Part shown: positions 41,266 to 50,271 of the stretch, in pieces
Position numbering within the stretch: the first letter of the stretch is position 1
Layout: every line of letters begins with the position of its first letter
Virus record (IMG/VR): IMGVR_UViG_3300024255_000017
Span: 17,433-81,432 of that record
DNA length: 64,000 bases
Source of the DNA: a virus
Reading direction: 5' to 3' (one strand)
Notes under the pieces: model-generated
What the model was told of the DNA's origin: nothing
Seen by the model: the letters and a program-made list of their open reading frames with translations, nothing else
Database searches by the model: none
Program-made: the position numbers and the translations under genes

Positions 41266-42289
41266 CAAAGAAGAACGCGTTAGTGCATTTACAAAACCAT
41301 TAGCTTCTTTACCTTTAGTATCAACGGCTCCTATTGGAGTTTCAACTAATGTAGCTACAACTAAACCTTACCAAGAATATTTTCAAAGGTTTGTAGTATT
41401 AGATCCGGATGCTAGAACTTTACCTAACGGCGATGGGGTTATAAGAATATCACCATTTGATGATTATGTTATTTTTACAATATATGATGACACTATAGGA
41501 TCTGTTCCAGTTGATCCAGCAAATCAGAAAAAAGCAAATCCTAATGAAGCGGCCGCCGCTGTTAATACAGCTGAAAAGCCAATTGATCTTAGTAACGTAG
41601 GAACTATTACTTTAGTTTTTGTTGGTGAGAACGATGAAATTAGAATACCTAATTGGACACAGGTACAAACCGTGGATCTTTCACAAGGTCAGGTATTATT
41701 TAGAATAGACAAAGAAAGCTCAAAAAAGATATTAGCATTAGATAATAATAACTTTTATATCTCTACAAGAATGGAGGACATTAATGGTACTAGTGATGAA
41801 AGCGTATTATATACCGGTACCTTTTTAGGATTGGTTGATGCAGCCAAAGAAACTATGACAGCTAAAATGGAGGCACAGGTTGCCTTATATTCAGACGAGC
41901 TTGCGAGATTGCAATTACTGATAGCGAATTATAAATCTAATGAAGCTGAATACCAATCTACTATAGTAGAACTAAATGATACTGTTGAAGTATTAGAAAA
42001 TTCTAATCTTAAGTTAACGGATGAAGTAGCTACTTTATCTAAGGAATTAGGAAGTACAGAATCTGAGTTAGCAATTGAAGAAGCTAGAAATGCTCAATTA
42101 AGAGCTAATCTTGCTAAGAAAAGAAAAATTCAGGTAATGGGATTAAAGGTGTTGGCTGATCAAGCTAGATCAAAAGCAGTTAAACGAAGATACTTTAGAC
42201 AATCAGCTAAATCTAATCAAAGCTTTAGTACTACAAACAATGCAATAAGTGTACCAAGAAGACCGAGTAGTTTTAGACAGGTTTCATAA
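41249..42289 (+). CDS. Hypothetical protein with C-terminal coiled coil and basic tail
   Basis: 346-aa ORF. Confidence 0.6.
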   Translation: MDQQNNKEERVSAFTKPLASLPLVSTAPIGVSTNVATTKPYQEYFQRFVVLDPDARTLPNGDGVIRISPFDDYVIFTIYDDTIGSVPVDPANQKKANPNEAAAAVNTAEKPIDLSNVGTITLVFVGENDEIRIPNWTQVQTVDLSQGQVLFRIDKESSKKILALDNNNFYISTRMEDINGTSDESVLYTGTFLGLVDAAKETMTAKMEAQVALYSDELARLQLLIANYKSNEAEYQSTIVELNDTVEVLENSNLKLTDEVATLSKELGSTESELAIEEARNAQLRANLAKKRKIQVMGLKVLADQARSKAVKRRYFRQSAKSNQSFSTTNNAISVPRRPSSFRQVS

Positions 42290-42299
42290 TAGATAAGAT

Positions 42300-42854
42300 A
42301 TGATATTAAGCGCAAGAAATAACCAGTTTAAATTTGAATTTCCTAGAAATTTTATTCCTAAGGAAATATCAGATAAGTATAAGCCATACTTAAATAGAAT
42401 GCCAGGTGCTATGATTAAAGAACCTATCGATTATTTTAATTATGGAATACAATCAATGAATTTACCTGGACCTTCATTTGATCCAGTAACACAAAATGAC
42501 TTTCCTGGAAATACTAGAAGATTTAGAACAAGTCTACCTAAGCAAGAACTGTTTGATAAAGATCTAACTATTACGATGCAAGCATTTGATGGTTGGGTTA
42601 ATTATTGGATGGCTATCGAAGTATTTGATTACTATTATAAACAGAGTGGAAAAAATCCGTTTGTACCAGAAGGTATTGGATTGCAAATGATTGATGGTGA
42701 TGGAAATATTTTTGTTACTTGTCAATTAAAAGATATGATAATGACTGGTGTTAGCGCATTAGATTTAAATTTCTCAAGCAACACGATAGAATTTCAAACA
42801 TTTGATATTAATTTTACATATAACATTTTAGAAACTAAAGTTAATCTTGTCTAA
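42300..42854 (+). CDS. Tail tube terminator/tube-fold protein (T4 gp3-like)
   Basis: IQSMNLPGPSF...DLTITMQAFDGWVNYW...VSALDLNF...FDINFTY. Confidence 0.65.
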   Translation: MILSARNNQFKFEFPRNFIPKEISDKYKPYLNRMPGAMIKEPIDYFNYGIQSMNLPGPSFDPVTQNDFPGNTRRFRTSLPKQELFDKDLTITMQAFDGWVNYWMAIEVFDYYYKQSGKNPFVPEGIGLQMIDGDGNIFVTCQLKDMIMTGVSALDLNFSSNTIEFQTFDINFTYNILETKVNLV

Positions 42855-42877
42855 TATATAAACAAATAGAAAGAGCA

Positions 42878-43234
42878 ATGAAAACATTTAAAGATTACCT
42901 TACTGAAAGTCATGATGATTCTATAGATATACAAAATCTAATAAATGAATCTTATGATTTAACAGAAGAACAAGAAACTGCAATAGATAATGCAGTTGAT
43001 AGAATTATGGAAGAACATAATAACGGAAAAGATTTAGAAGTTATTATGGAAGAAATAATTAATGAAGGTATATTAGGATCTGTTTTAGGTGGTCTTACTG
43101 GTTTTGCTTTAGGTAAATCTGTAGGAAAGGCTATCGCAAAGGTACTAGGTATTCAAAAAGGAGCCTTGTATGATTTATTAACCAGTCGATTAATTGGTGC
43201 TGCATTAGGTGCAGTATTAGGTAAAAGACTTTAA
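42878..43234 (+). CDS. Putative internal head protein: capsid-targeting-like N-terminus and glycine-zipper C-terminus
   Basis: MKTFKDYLTE; acidic middle; GxxxG-rich cationic C-terminal 55 aa. Confidence 0.65.
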   Translation: MKTFKDYLTESHDDSIDIQNLINESYDLTEEQETAIDNAVDRIMEEHNNGKDLEVIMEEIINEGILGSVLGGLTGFALGKSVGKAIAKVLGIQKGALYDLLTSRLIGAALGAVLGKRL

Positions 43235-43244
43235 TCCAATATAA

Positions 43245-43919
43245 TTGATTTACTCAGGTATAGATTTTTCTCTCAATAGTCCAGGTACATGTACACAGGA
43301 CCATAAAGGCAAATACACATTTATTACATTCTTTAATTACGGTAATAGAATATGGGATGAAGAAGGTAGAAAGATACCAAAGTCCTTTTCGGTTCATAAA
43401 GAACTAATGGATAGCAAAACAATATTAGGATTTCCTTATTATAGACAAGTAAAGGATAAGGACTTTTTACTCAGGGAACGAGAAAAACTCACAGATGGCC
43501 AAAACATAGCCGAATTAATGTCAAATATTTTAATAACCTTATATGGAACAAAAAACCATAAGATTGCATTAGAAGGGTTCTCCTATGGTTCAAAAGGAAA
43601 TTCATTCATTGACATTGTTCAGTATAATACATTTTTAAGAAATGAAATAGTTAATGCTTGGGGTGTAGAAAATATCTCAATTTACCAACCATCCCATGTT
43701 AAGAAATTAGCAGGTAAAGGTAATGCAAACAAACATTACATGGTTAAGGCATTCCAAGACGACGTTTTTAATGATAAAGATTTAAGGAAAACAGATTTAT
43801 GGAAATGGACTCAAGGTAAAGACTTTACAGAAAAGATCCCTAAACCAATAGATGACTTAGTAGATGCGTACTTTATACTAAATGCTAATAAAGAAAAAGG
43901 GTGGTCATTAAATACTTAA
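43245..43919 (+). CDS. RuvC-like Holliday junction resolvase
   Basis: GIDFSLNSPG, IALEGFSYGSKG, PSHVKKLAGKGNANK, DDLVDAYFI. Confidence 0.8.
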   Translation: MIYSGIDFSLNSPGTCTQDHKGKYTFITFFNYGNRIWDEEGRKIPKSFSVHKELMDSKTILGFPYYRQVKDKDFLLREREKLTDGQNIAELMSNILITLYGTKNHKIALEGFSYGSKGNSFIDIVQYNTFLRNEIVNAWGVENISIYQPSHVKKLAGKGNANKHYMVKAFQDDVFNDKDLRKTDLWKWTQGKDFTEKIPKPIDDLVDAYFILNANKEKGWSLNT

Positions 43920-44024
43920 TACATAGAAAACCACTAAATACATTGAGTCTAGTAATTACATACTTCTCTTTCTTTAATTAGTTATATTTTATATATAGCA
44001 ACTAGAACTTAGTTTCAGAATATT

Positions 44025-44291
44025 ATGATAAAAGCAATAAAAAATAGAATATTTATTAAAAAAGATGAATTACCAGAAAAAATTGGTAGTATATATGTAC
44101 CTAAAACCGAAGGTCAGTATGCTCCACCTTATTCAGGTACAATCATATCTGTAGGTGGTGGCATAGAGGATTCAGATTACAAAATAGGTTCACGAGTACT
44201 ATTTCACGACTTAGCAGGTACAGAGTTTAAATATAATGGCGATACTATATTCAGCATCAGAGAAAACGATGTAACCGCTATTATGCAATAA
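44025..44291 (+). CDS. groES: Co-chaperonin GroES (Cpn10)
   Basis: IKAIKNRIFIK...GSIYVP...GTIISVGGG...KIGSRVLF...GTEFKYNG...IRENDV. Confidence 0.88.
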   Translation: MIKAIKNRIFIKKDELPEKIGSIYVPKTEGQYAPPYSGTIISVGGGIEDSDYKIGSRVLFHDLAGTEFKYNGDTIFSIRENDVTAIMQ

Positions 44292-44307
44292 AAAAGTTCT
44301 ATTTAGA

Positions 44308-44337
44308 CTGAAACTAAATAGAGATATGAATATATAA
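44308..44337 (+). promoter_or_regulatory. Putative promoter CTGAAACTAA-N13-TATATAA for the gp32 operon
   Basis: Same architecture on the - strand at 43989-44018; includes GAATATATA (44328-36); overlaps 9-bp hairpin 44298-44322. Confidence 0.5.
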
Positions 44338-44488
44338 TAAACAAAGGAATCAATATTATATTGGTACTTTTTAAATGGCATATAACAAGGCAAAGTATAT
44401 CGGCAATACCCGGGCAAATTAAAGATAGGCAATGTTTTGTTATGGCTTAAATTAAATAAATAACAAACAAATAAAAAAGGCAATTAAA

Positions 44489-45412
44489 ATGGCAAATGAA
44501 TTCGACATTTTCAGTGTTAGCGTCAAGGACCTAGACACTGGAGACAGACCGCAAACAACAAGCGATCTTTACACACCAAAACCTGATCAAGGTTCAGACG
44601 GTACTTACCGTTCACTAATTAGGTTTCTACCTAATGTAAAAAATCCACGCAAACCTTTCGTTCGTAAATATGTCTACTGGTTAGAAGACAGAGATGGCAA
44701 TGGTTTTTACGCAGACTCACCTTCAACGGTTGGAGACAAATGTGCTGTACAGGACATGTTCTTTAAACTTAGAAACTCTGAATCTGCTGTAGACAAAAAG
44801 ATGTCAGAGGGACTTAAGCGTAGAGAAGTATTTTATGCATTAGTACAAATCGTAAAGGATCCACAAAACAGAGATCTTGAAGGTCAAATTAAAGTAATGA
44901 AATTTGGTTATAAGATCAAGACAAAAATTGATGAGGAGTTAAATCCACAATTTGATGAACCAACACAAGTATTCGATCCGTTTGAAGGAAAGAATTTTGA
45001 ATTGGTAATTTCAAAGAAAGGTGGATATCCAAACTACGATTCATGTAAATTCCAAGGGAGTAGATCTCCAATGTCAATTAAAGGTGATGATGTAACCGCA
45101 GATGATGCAGGAAGAACTGCAATTCTCGATTATATTAAAGATGCACCGGATTTAGGCAACTTTGACTACAGACCATGGACTGACGATCAAAGAAACAAAG
45201 TAATGGGCGTACTTTCACAATTTAGTAACCCAGGTTCTTCTATTGATACTGTTACTGCAAGACAAGCTCCGGCTGCTCCTGCTGCAACTAAAGCAGCGGC
45301 TGCTAAGGTAACAGAAACTTCTGCACCTGCTGAAACTGCTACTGCAACTAAAACTGAAGATTCTTCTAAAGGAGATGATTTTGATGATTTCATTAATGGT
45401 TTAGATCTTTAA
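44489..45412 (+). CDS. Single-stranded DNA-binding protein (T4 gp32-like)
   Basis: LIRFLP, FDPFEGKNFELVI...GGYPNYDSCKF, acidic tail DDFDDFINGLDL. Confidence 0.9.
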   Translation: MANEFDIFSVSVKDLDTGDRPQTTSDLYTPKPDQGSDGTYRSLIRFLPNVKNPRKPFVRKYVYWLEDRDGNGFYADSPSTVGDKCAVQDMFFKLRNSESAVDKKMSEGLKRREVFYALVQIVKDPQNRDLEGQIKVMKFGYKIKTKIDEELNPQFDEPTQVFDPFEGKNFELVISKKGGYPNYDSCKFQGSRSPMSIKGDDVTADDAGRTAILDYIKDAPDLGNFDYRPWTDDQRNKVMGVLSQFSNPGSSIDTVTARQAPAAPAATKAAAAKVTETSAPAETATATKTEDSSKGDDFDDFINGLDL

Positions 45413-45416
45413 TGAT

Positions 45417-46490
45417 ATGGGAACAGAAGTATTAATATCTTCTGAAATGAAAGCTCGGATCATCGATAAGGTGGTCCGAGTTCTTCACCTTAATCATTCT
45501 CACCCAGAAAAAAGGAGAATGTTAGAAAGTAAGGAACGATTAAATTTTGCATGTCCTTACTGTGGAGACTCAACAGATTCAGTAAGAAAAAAGAGAGGTA
45601 ATCTTTATTGGAAAAATTTACAATTCCACTGTTACAATTGTTCAGCTCACGAGAGTTTAGATGTTTTCTTAAAGGATCATAATTTAAACTTTGAAGGCGA
45701 AGACCGTATAGATGTAATTAATTTCATTAAGGAAAATAGAAAAAACTTTTCTTTAGGTGAAACTTTAGAATTTCATTTATTTGATAAGGCAAATAAATTA
45801 GCATTATCATTTGATGAAGTTGCATTAGGTTTTAATGTATATCCTATTAATTCATTAACATACCGAGCATACCCATATCTTAAAAGTAGATTACTCCATC
45901 ACAAAACTGAAAAATTCGGTTATGACCCAAGGAGAAAAGAGCTTTATGTTTTTAACTTAAATAAAAATAAAAAGATAATAGGATTCCAGGTTAGAGCATT
46001 AGAAGATACGAGTGGCCCTAAATATAAAACTTGGAATATAGAAAGAATATATGATAGGCTAAAAAAACAATTGAATGTATCTGAGGATGAACTTGATTCT
46101 TTAAATAAAATATCAATGATATTCGGAATCTTAACAGTTGACTTAGGTAGAGGATTTACGATATTTGAAGGACCTATAGATTCTTTCTTTATGTCAAACA
46201 CATTAGGCTTAACTGGTGTTAAAAAGCAAATTTTAGATTTTGATGAAATACCAACAGCAAGATATATGTTTGATAATGATTATGAAGGTAAAGCTAAAAT
46301 GATTCAGAAACTAAAGAAAGGGCAAACAGTTTTTATGTGGGATAAATATTTAAAGGATTTTGGAATACCTAAGAAAAAGGTAAAGGATTTAAATGACCTA
46401 GTTAAATATGAATTTAAAAATAGGACTGGGTGTTTAAATGAGTTGGATAAATATTTTACAAACAATCATTTAGATTTAATTTTCTTATGA
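45417..46490 (+). CDS. DNA primase (T4 gp61-like)
   Basis: Zn finger FACPYCGDS...HCYNC; TOPRIM IFEGPIDSFF, FDND, KDLND. Confidence 0.9.
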   Translation: MGTEVLISSEMKARIIDKVVRVLHLNHSHPEKRRMLESKERLNFACPYCGDSTDSVRKKRGNLYWKNLQFHCYNCSAHESLDVFLKDHNLNFEGEDRIDVINFIKENRKNFSLGETLEFHLFDKANKLALSFDEVALGFNVYPINSLTYRAYPYLKSRLLHHKTEKFGYDPRRKELYVFNLNKNKKIIGFQVRALEDTSGPKYKTWNIERIYDRLKKQLNVSEDELDSLNKISMIFGILTVDLGRGFTIFEGPIDSFFMSNTLGLTGVKKQILDFDEIPTARYMFDNDYEGKAKMIQKLKKGQTVFMWDKYLKDFGIPKKKVKDLNDLVKYEFKNRTGCLNELDKYFTNNHLDLIFL

Positions 46491-46702
46491 TAAAAAAATA
46501 TAATGAATTTGTGGTTGAACAGTTCGAAGATTTTTATAATGACTTAGAAACTTCTAAGAAAAAGCTTAAATTATTTACTAAGTTTAAAAAGATAGAAACT
46601 GATAATGTAAAAAGTAATTTTTCTTTACCTCAACCTAAAAGAAAATTTCAACCAAAGATTAAAAGTTACAAAAAGATTAATAACGATAAAGGAGTATTTT
46701 AA
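46487..46702 (+). CDS. Small basic protein with capsid-targeting-like N-terminus
   Basis: MIKKYNEFVVE; Lys-rich remainder; overlaps both neighbours. Confidence 0.55.
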   Translation: MIKKYNEFVVEQFEDFYNDLETSKKKLKLFTKFKKIETDNVKSNFSLPQPKRKFQPKIKSYKKINNDKGVF

Positions 46703-47151
46703 TGGCATTTGATGATACACAAATAAAGGAAGCTAACGAACAGTTAGAAATTAGATTAGGCTCGGATAGAGATGATTGGAAAACAAAGATCAAAGATCTT
46801 GTTTCTAAGTTAAAAAGCATGAATGAGTTAGCTGAATGTCAAGTAAGAATGCTATCCTATCGCCAGATATTATTAGATAAAGTAACTGATTTTAAAACAA
46901 CCATATATAAAAGGAATGCTACTTGGGATAAGTATTATAAAAACCAATACCGGGAGTATTCAATTAATTACGATGTTAAACTAACGAATGGCGAAAAACA
47001 TCAATTTATAAAAGCCGATCTGTCTTCTTTAAAAACTCAAATCGACATGTTGCAATCACATATAGATTATTACTATGAATGCATTAAGACTTTAGATAAC
47101 ATGGCATTTGCAATAAGAAACAGAATAAACTTAGATGATAAGGAATTTTAA
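46702..47151 (+). CDS. uvsY: Recombination mediator UvsY-like
   Basis: Helical 149-aa protein ending IKTLDNMAFAIRNRI, directly before UvsW. Confidence 0.65.
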   Translation: MAFDDTQIKEANEQLEIRLGSDRDDWKTKIKDLVSKLKSMNELAECQVRMLSYRQILLDKVTDFKTTIYKRNATWDKYYKNQYREYSINYDVKLTNGEKHQFIKADLSSLKTQIDMLQSHIDYYYECIKTLDNMAFAIRNRINLDDKEF

Positions 47152-48653
47152 TGGAACTATCTCTGTCTGAAAATAAAAAGTTTTTAGTAATTGATTCATG
47201 TACCGAATTGGAATATGAACAGTTAAAATCTAGTCTTACTAAGAAAATAGAAGGGTGGCGGTTTCACCCTCTGGTAAAGAAAAAGGTTTGGGATGGTAAC
47301 ATTTCATTTATTAAAAGAAACAAAATACCAGCAGGATTATGGAAAGAAGTAATTGACATTTGCAAACAATATGATTATCAATTTACTTTAAATGGTATAA
47401 CTGATATTTTTGATACTTCAATAGATGAAGAAACTTTTAAGAAGTGGGCAGATGAATTTTTTGCAAAGTCTGAAATTAAACCGAGAGACTATCAAATAGA
47501 CGCAGCAATAAAGATTTTAAAGTATAGGAGATGTTTAGCTGAATTGGCAACTTCTGCAGGTAAAACTTTAATTTCATTTATGGTAGTTGCTTATATGATG
47601 GAACAATTAGGTAAAAAGAAAATCTTAATGATTGTACCTAATGTAAGTTTAGTAGTTCAAGCAAGCGGAGATTTTGAAGAATATAATAAAGGTAGAGTAC
47701 CAATTAAAATTCAACAGATTTATGCCGGTGTGAAATTAAGAAAGAGCTCTAATGTAGTTATAGGTACTTATCAATCATTAACTAAAAAGGATGAGGAATA
47801 CTTTAGTCAATTTGATGCTGTCTTTGTAGATGAAACTCATAAAGCAAAAGCAAATTCAATCCAGAAGATAATGGATAAATGCTGGCACTGCGACTATAGA
47901 TTTGGTTTAAGTGGTACTATTCCTAAAAGAGGAACTGTAAATAGACTAAGTTTAATGTCAGCGATGGGACCTTTGGTAACTCAAGTAAAGGCTGCTCATT
48001 TACAGGAAGAAGGGCATATTGCAAAATGTAAAGTATTACAGATACACATGGAATATGCAACCGATGCTCAAAAAGAAGCATTCTCGTCTTTATCTAAAAA
48101 TCCGTATGATAGGCAAAAGTTATTTAGTTTAGAACAAAACTTTATTAATGAAAGTGAAAAGAGGCTAGATTTTGTTTGCCAAGTAATTAAAAAGTCTACA
48201 TCCAATTCACTAGTGTTATTTCATAAAATAGCTTATGGTGAAAAAATATACAAAAAACTTAGGACAATAACAGATAAGAAGGTTTACTATGTTGATGGTT
48301 CTGTTAAGTCTGATTTTAGAGAAGAATTTAAAAAGAGAATGGAAAAGAACGATGATGTTATTATTGTAGCATCATACGGAACATTCTCAACAGGTATTTC
48401 AATTAAAAACATTCATAACATTTTCTTTACCGAATCATTTAAATCAGAAGTGATCATTAGACAATCGATAGGTAGAGGTTTAAGAAAGCATGAAGCTAAA
48501 GATGTTGTAAAAATATATGACTTCATTGATGATTTTAGATATAAAGTGGATGATCACGATTGGGTAAATTATATTTATAGACATGGTATGGAAAGAAGAA
48601 AAATCTATAAAGAAGAAAAGTTCCCATTCGAAGTACAGAATGTTAGATACTAA
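47151..48653 (+). CDS. uvsW: SF2 DNA helicase UvsW
   Basis: WDGNI, PRDYQ, ATSAGKT, VDETH, GLSGT, ASYGTFSTGISIKNIHNI, QSIGRGLR. Confidence 0.93.
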   Translation: MELSLSENKKFLVIDSCTELEYEQLKSSLTKKIEGWRFHPLVKKKVWDGNISFIKRNKIPAGLWKEVIDICKQYDYQFTLNGITDIFDTSIDEETFKKWADEFFAKSEIKPRDYQIDAAIKILKYRRCLAELATSAGKTLISFMVVAYMMEQLGKKKILMIVPNVSLVVQASGDFEEYNKGRVPIKIQQIYAGVKLRKSSNVVIGTYQSLTKKDEEYFSQFDAVFVDETHKAKANSIQKIMDKCWHCDYRFGLSGTIPKRGTVNRLSLMSAMGPLVTQVKAAHLQEEGHIAKCKVLQIHMEYATDAQKEAFSSLSKNPYDRQKLFSLEQNFINESEKRLDFVCQVIKKSTSNSLVLFHKIAYGEKIYKKLRTITDKKVYYVDGSVKSDFREEFKKRMEKNDDVIIVASYGTFSTGISIKNIHNIFFTESFKSEVIIRQSIGRGLRKHEAKDVVKIYDFIDDFRYKVDDHDWVNYIYRHGMERRKIYKEEKFPFEVQNVRY

Positions 48654-48717
48654 TATAGAATATCTTTCTCATGAGAGATGGATATATAAAAAAAGAATCA
48701 AAAAAAGATAAAATATA

Positions 48718-50256
48718 ATGAAACCAATCAAAAAGTTTTCAATGATGTCTAAAGCCGAAGGTTCAATTAATGAATCGGCAGATGTCAATCATGATGCTGT
48801 AATGGATCTTGTTAAAAAGATGGGTTACGAAAGCGTTGAAGAATTAAAGAAAGAAAAAAATCTTTTAACTAAATTAGAAGGTTTATTAAAAGATGTCTCC
48901 CCTAAAGACGATATTTCTGAGGATGAACTAGAAGAAGACAGAGCCGAGGATATAGCTGATGAAGTTAAAAAGAAAGGCGAACCTAAGTCATTAGAATCTG
49001 AAGAAGATAAAGATGATGATAAAGTTAGTGCCGAAGGTGAAGTTGCTGAAACTGATGAAGTAGAAGAAGATGCCGCTGAAGAAATAGAAGATGAAGTATT
49101 AGCTAAAGGCGAACCTAAAGATGTAGAAGATAAGGCAGGTGATAAGGTATCTGATGATCCTGAAATTACTGCTGAAGTTCCTGCTGAAGCTGATGAAGTT
49201 GAAGATGAAGATGGTGTTGAGGTTGCTGCTGAAGAAGAAGAAACTCCAGCTGCTACTAAAAGAATCATGGCCTTCGAAGATTTTATTAAAGAAAAAGAAG
49301 TTACAGTAAACAAGAATATCAAATATGCCGATGATGCTGAAGAACCAGAAGATTATTCTGTTGTTGCTGCATCCGCTAAACCATTAGCTGAAGACGATGA
49401 TGAAGATGAAGGTGAAGATGATGAAAAGGAAGGTAATGAATTAGAAGATAAAGGCGATAAGAAAGTTGATTCTGAAGATGACAAAGAAAAGGCTGACCAT
49501 TATAAAGGAGCTGTTAAATCTGATGACTCTGAAATTGATGCATTAAAGAAAGATGCTGAATATGATGAAGAAGAAGAAAAGAAAGATGAATCAAGAATTA
49601 TGTCTTTTTCAAATTTTGTAACTGAATCATATGATGAGGATGAAGTAGAAGAAGAAGAAGAAATAGAAGCTGAGGAAGAAGAAGCTGTAGAAGAAGGCGT
49701 AGGTGAAGTAATTACTAAAGTTACAGGAGATGAAATCGCTGATGAAGAAGCAGGTGATGATGGCCTTGCTATTCCTGCAGAAAAAGGTGACGGTTCTGAA
49801 ACTGCTGCTGGTATTGCTGGAGATATAATGGATATGGGTAAAGTAAAAGTTCAACCTGAAGCAAAGGGTGAAGAATTAGTTACTAAAGACCAAAACATTA
49901 CAACTGAAGTAAAAGGTGAAGCTGACGATCTTAAGGATGCTACTGAAGTTCCTGCAGAAATGGGAGACGGTTCTGAATCTGCCGCAGGTATTGCTGGAGA
50001 CATAATGAATATGGGTAAAGTAAAAGTTCAACCTGAAGCAAAAGGTGCTGCATTAGTTGGAGAAGCTAAGATTAATGAAAAGGATATTACTTCTGCTGAT
50101 GAATTTAAAGAATATGCAATGGCAATGCTAAAAGATGCATTCGGAGATGATTTTGATGAAACTAAAGCAACTGAAACTGCTGATGGTTTAATTGATAAGT
50201 ATGGTGAAGATTACGGCGCAATGGTCGGAGCTTTACAATCTACTATGGGATCATAA
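48718..50256 (+). CDS. Highly acidic putative prohead core/internal protein
   Basis: Very D/E-rich; internal RIMAFEDFIKE and RIMSFSNFVTE motifs; INE sites. Confidence 0.6.
   Translation: MKPIKKFSMMSKAEGSINESADVNHDAVMDLVKKMGYESVEELKKEKNLLTKLEGLLKDVSPKDDISEDELEEDRAEDIADEVKKKGEPKSLESEEDKDDDKVSAEGEVAETDEVEEDAAEEIEDEVLAKGEPKDVEDKAGDKVSDDPEITAEVPAEADEVEDEDGVEVAAEEEETPAATKRIMAFEDFIKEKEVTVNKNIKYADDAEEPEDYSVVAASAKPLAEDDDEDEGEDDEKEGNELEDKGDKKVDSEDDKEKADHYKGAVKSDDSEIDALKKDAEYDEEEEKKDESRIMSFSNFVTESYDEDEVEEEEEIEAEEEEAVEEGVGEVITKVTGDEIADEEAGDDGLAIPAEKGDGSETAAGIAGDIMDMGKVKVQPEAKGEELVTKDQNITTEVKGEADDLKDATEVPAEMGDGSESAAGIAGDIMNMGKVKVQPEAKGAALVGEAKINEKDITSADEFKEYAMAMLKDAFGDDFDETKATETADGLIDKYGEDYGAMVGALQSTMGS
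49772..50047 (+). repeat. Direct repeat of about 99 nt (49772-49870 and 49949-50047), period 177 nt
   Basis: Encodes PAE(K/M)GDGSE(T/S)AAGIAGDIM(D/N)MGKVKVQPEAKG twice. Confidence 0.85.
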
Positions 50257-50271
50257 TAAATTAAACTAAAC

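Noticed and set aside
44211-44483. 90-aa minus-strand ORF across the groES-gp32 spacer
   Set aside because: Low-complexity Phe/Tyr/Leu translation of an A-rich leader overlapping groES; better explained as regulatory sequence.
48825-49854. Ser-rich and Phe-rich minus-strand ORFs
   Set aside because: Antisense of the GAA/GAT-rich acidic gene.
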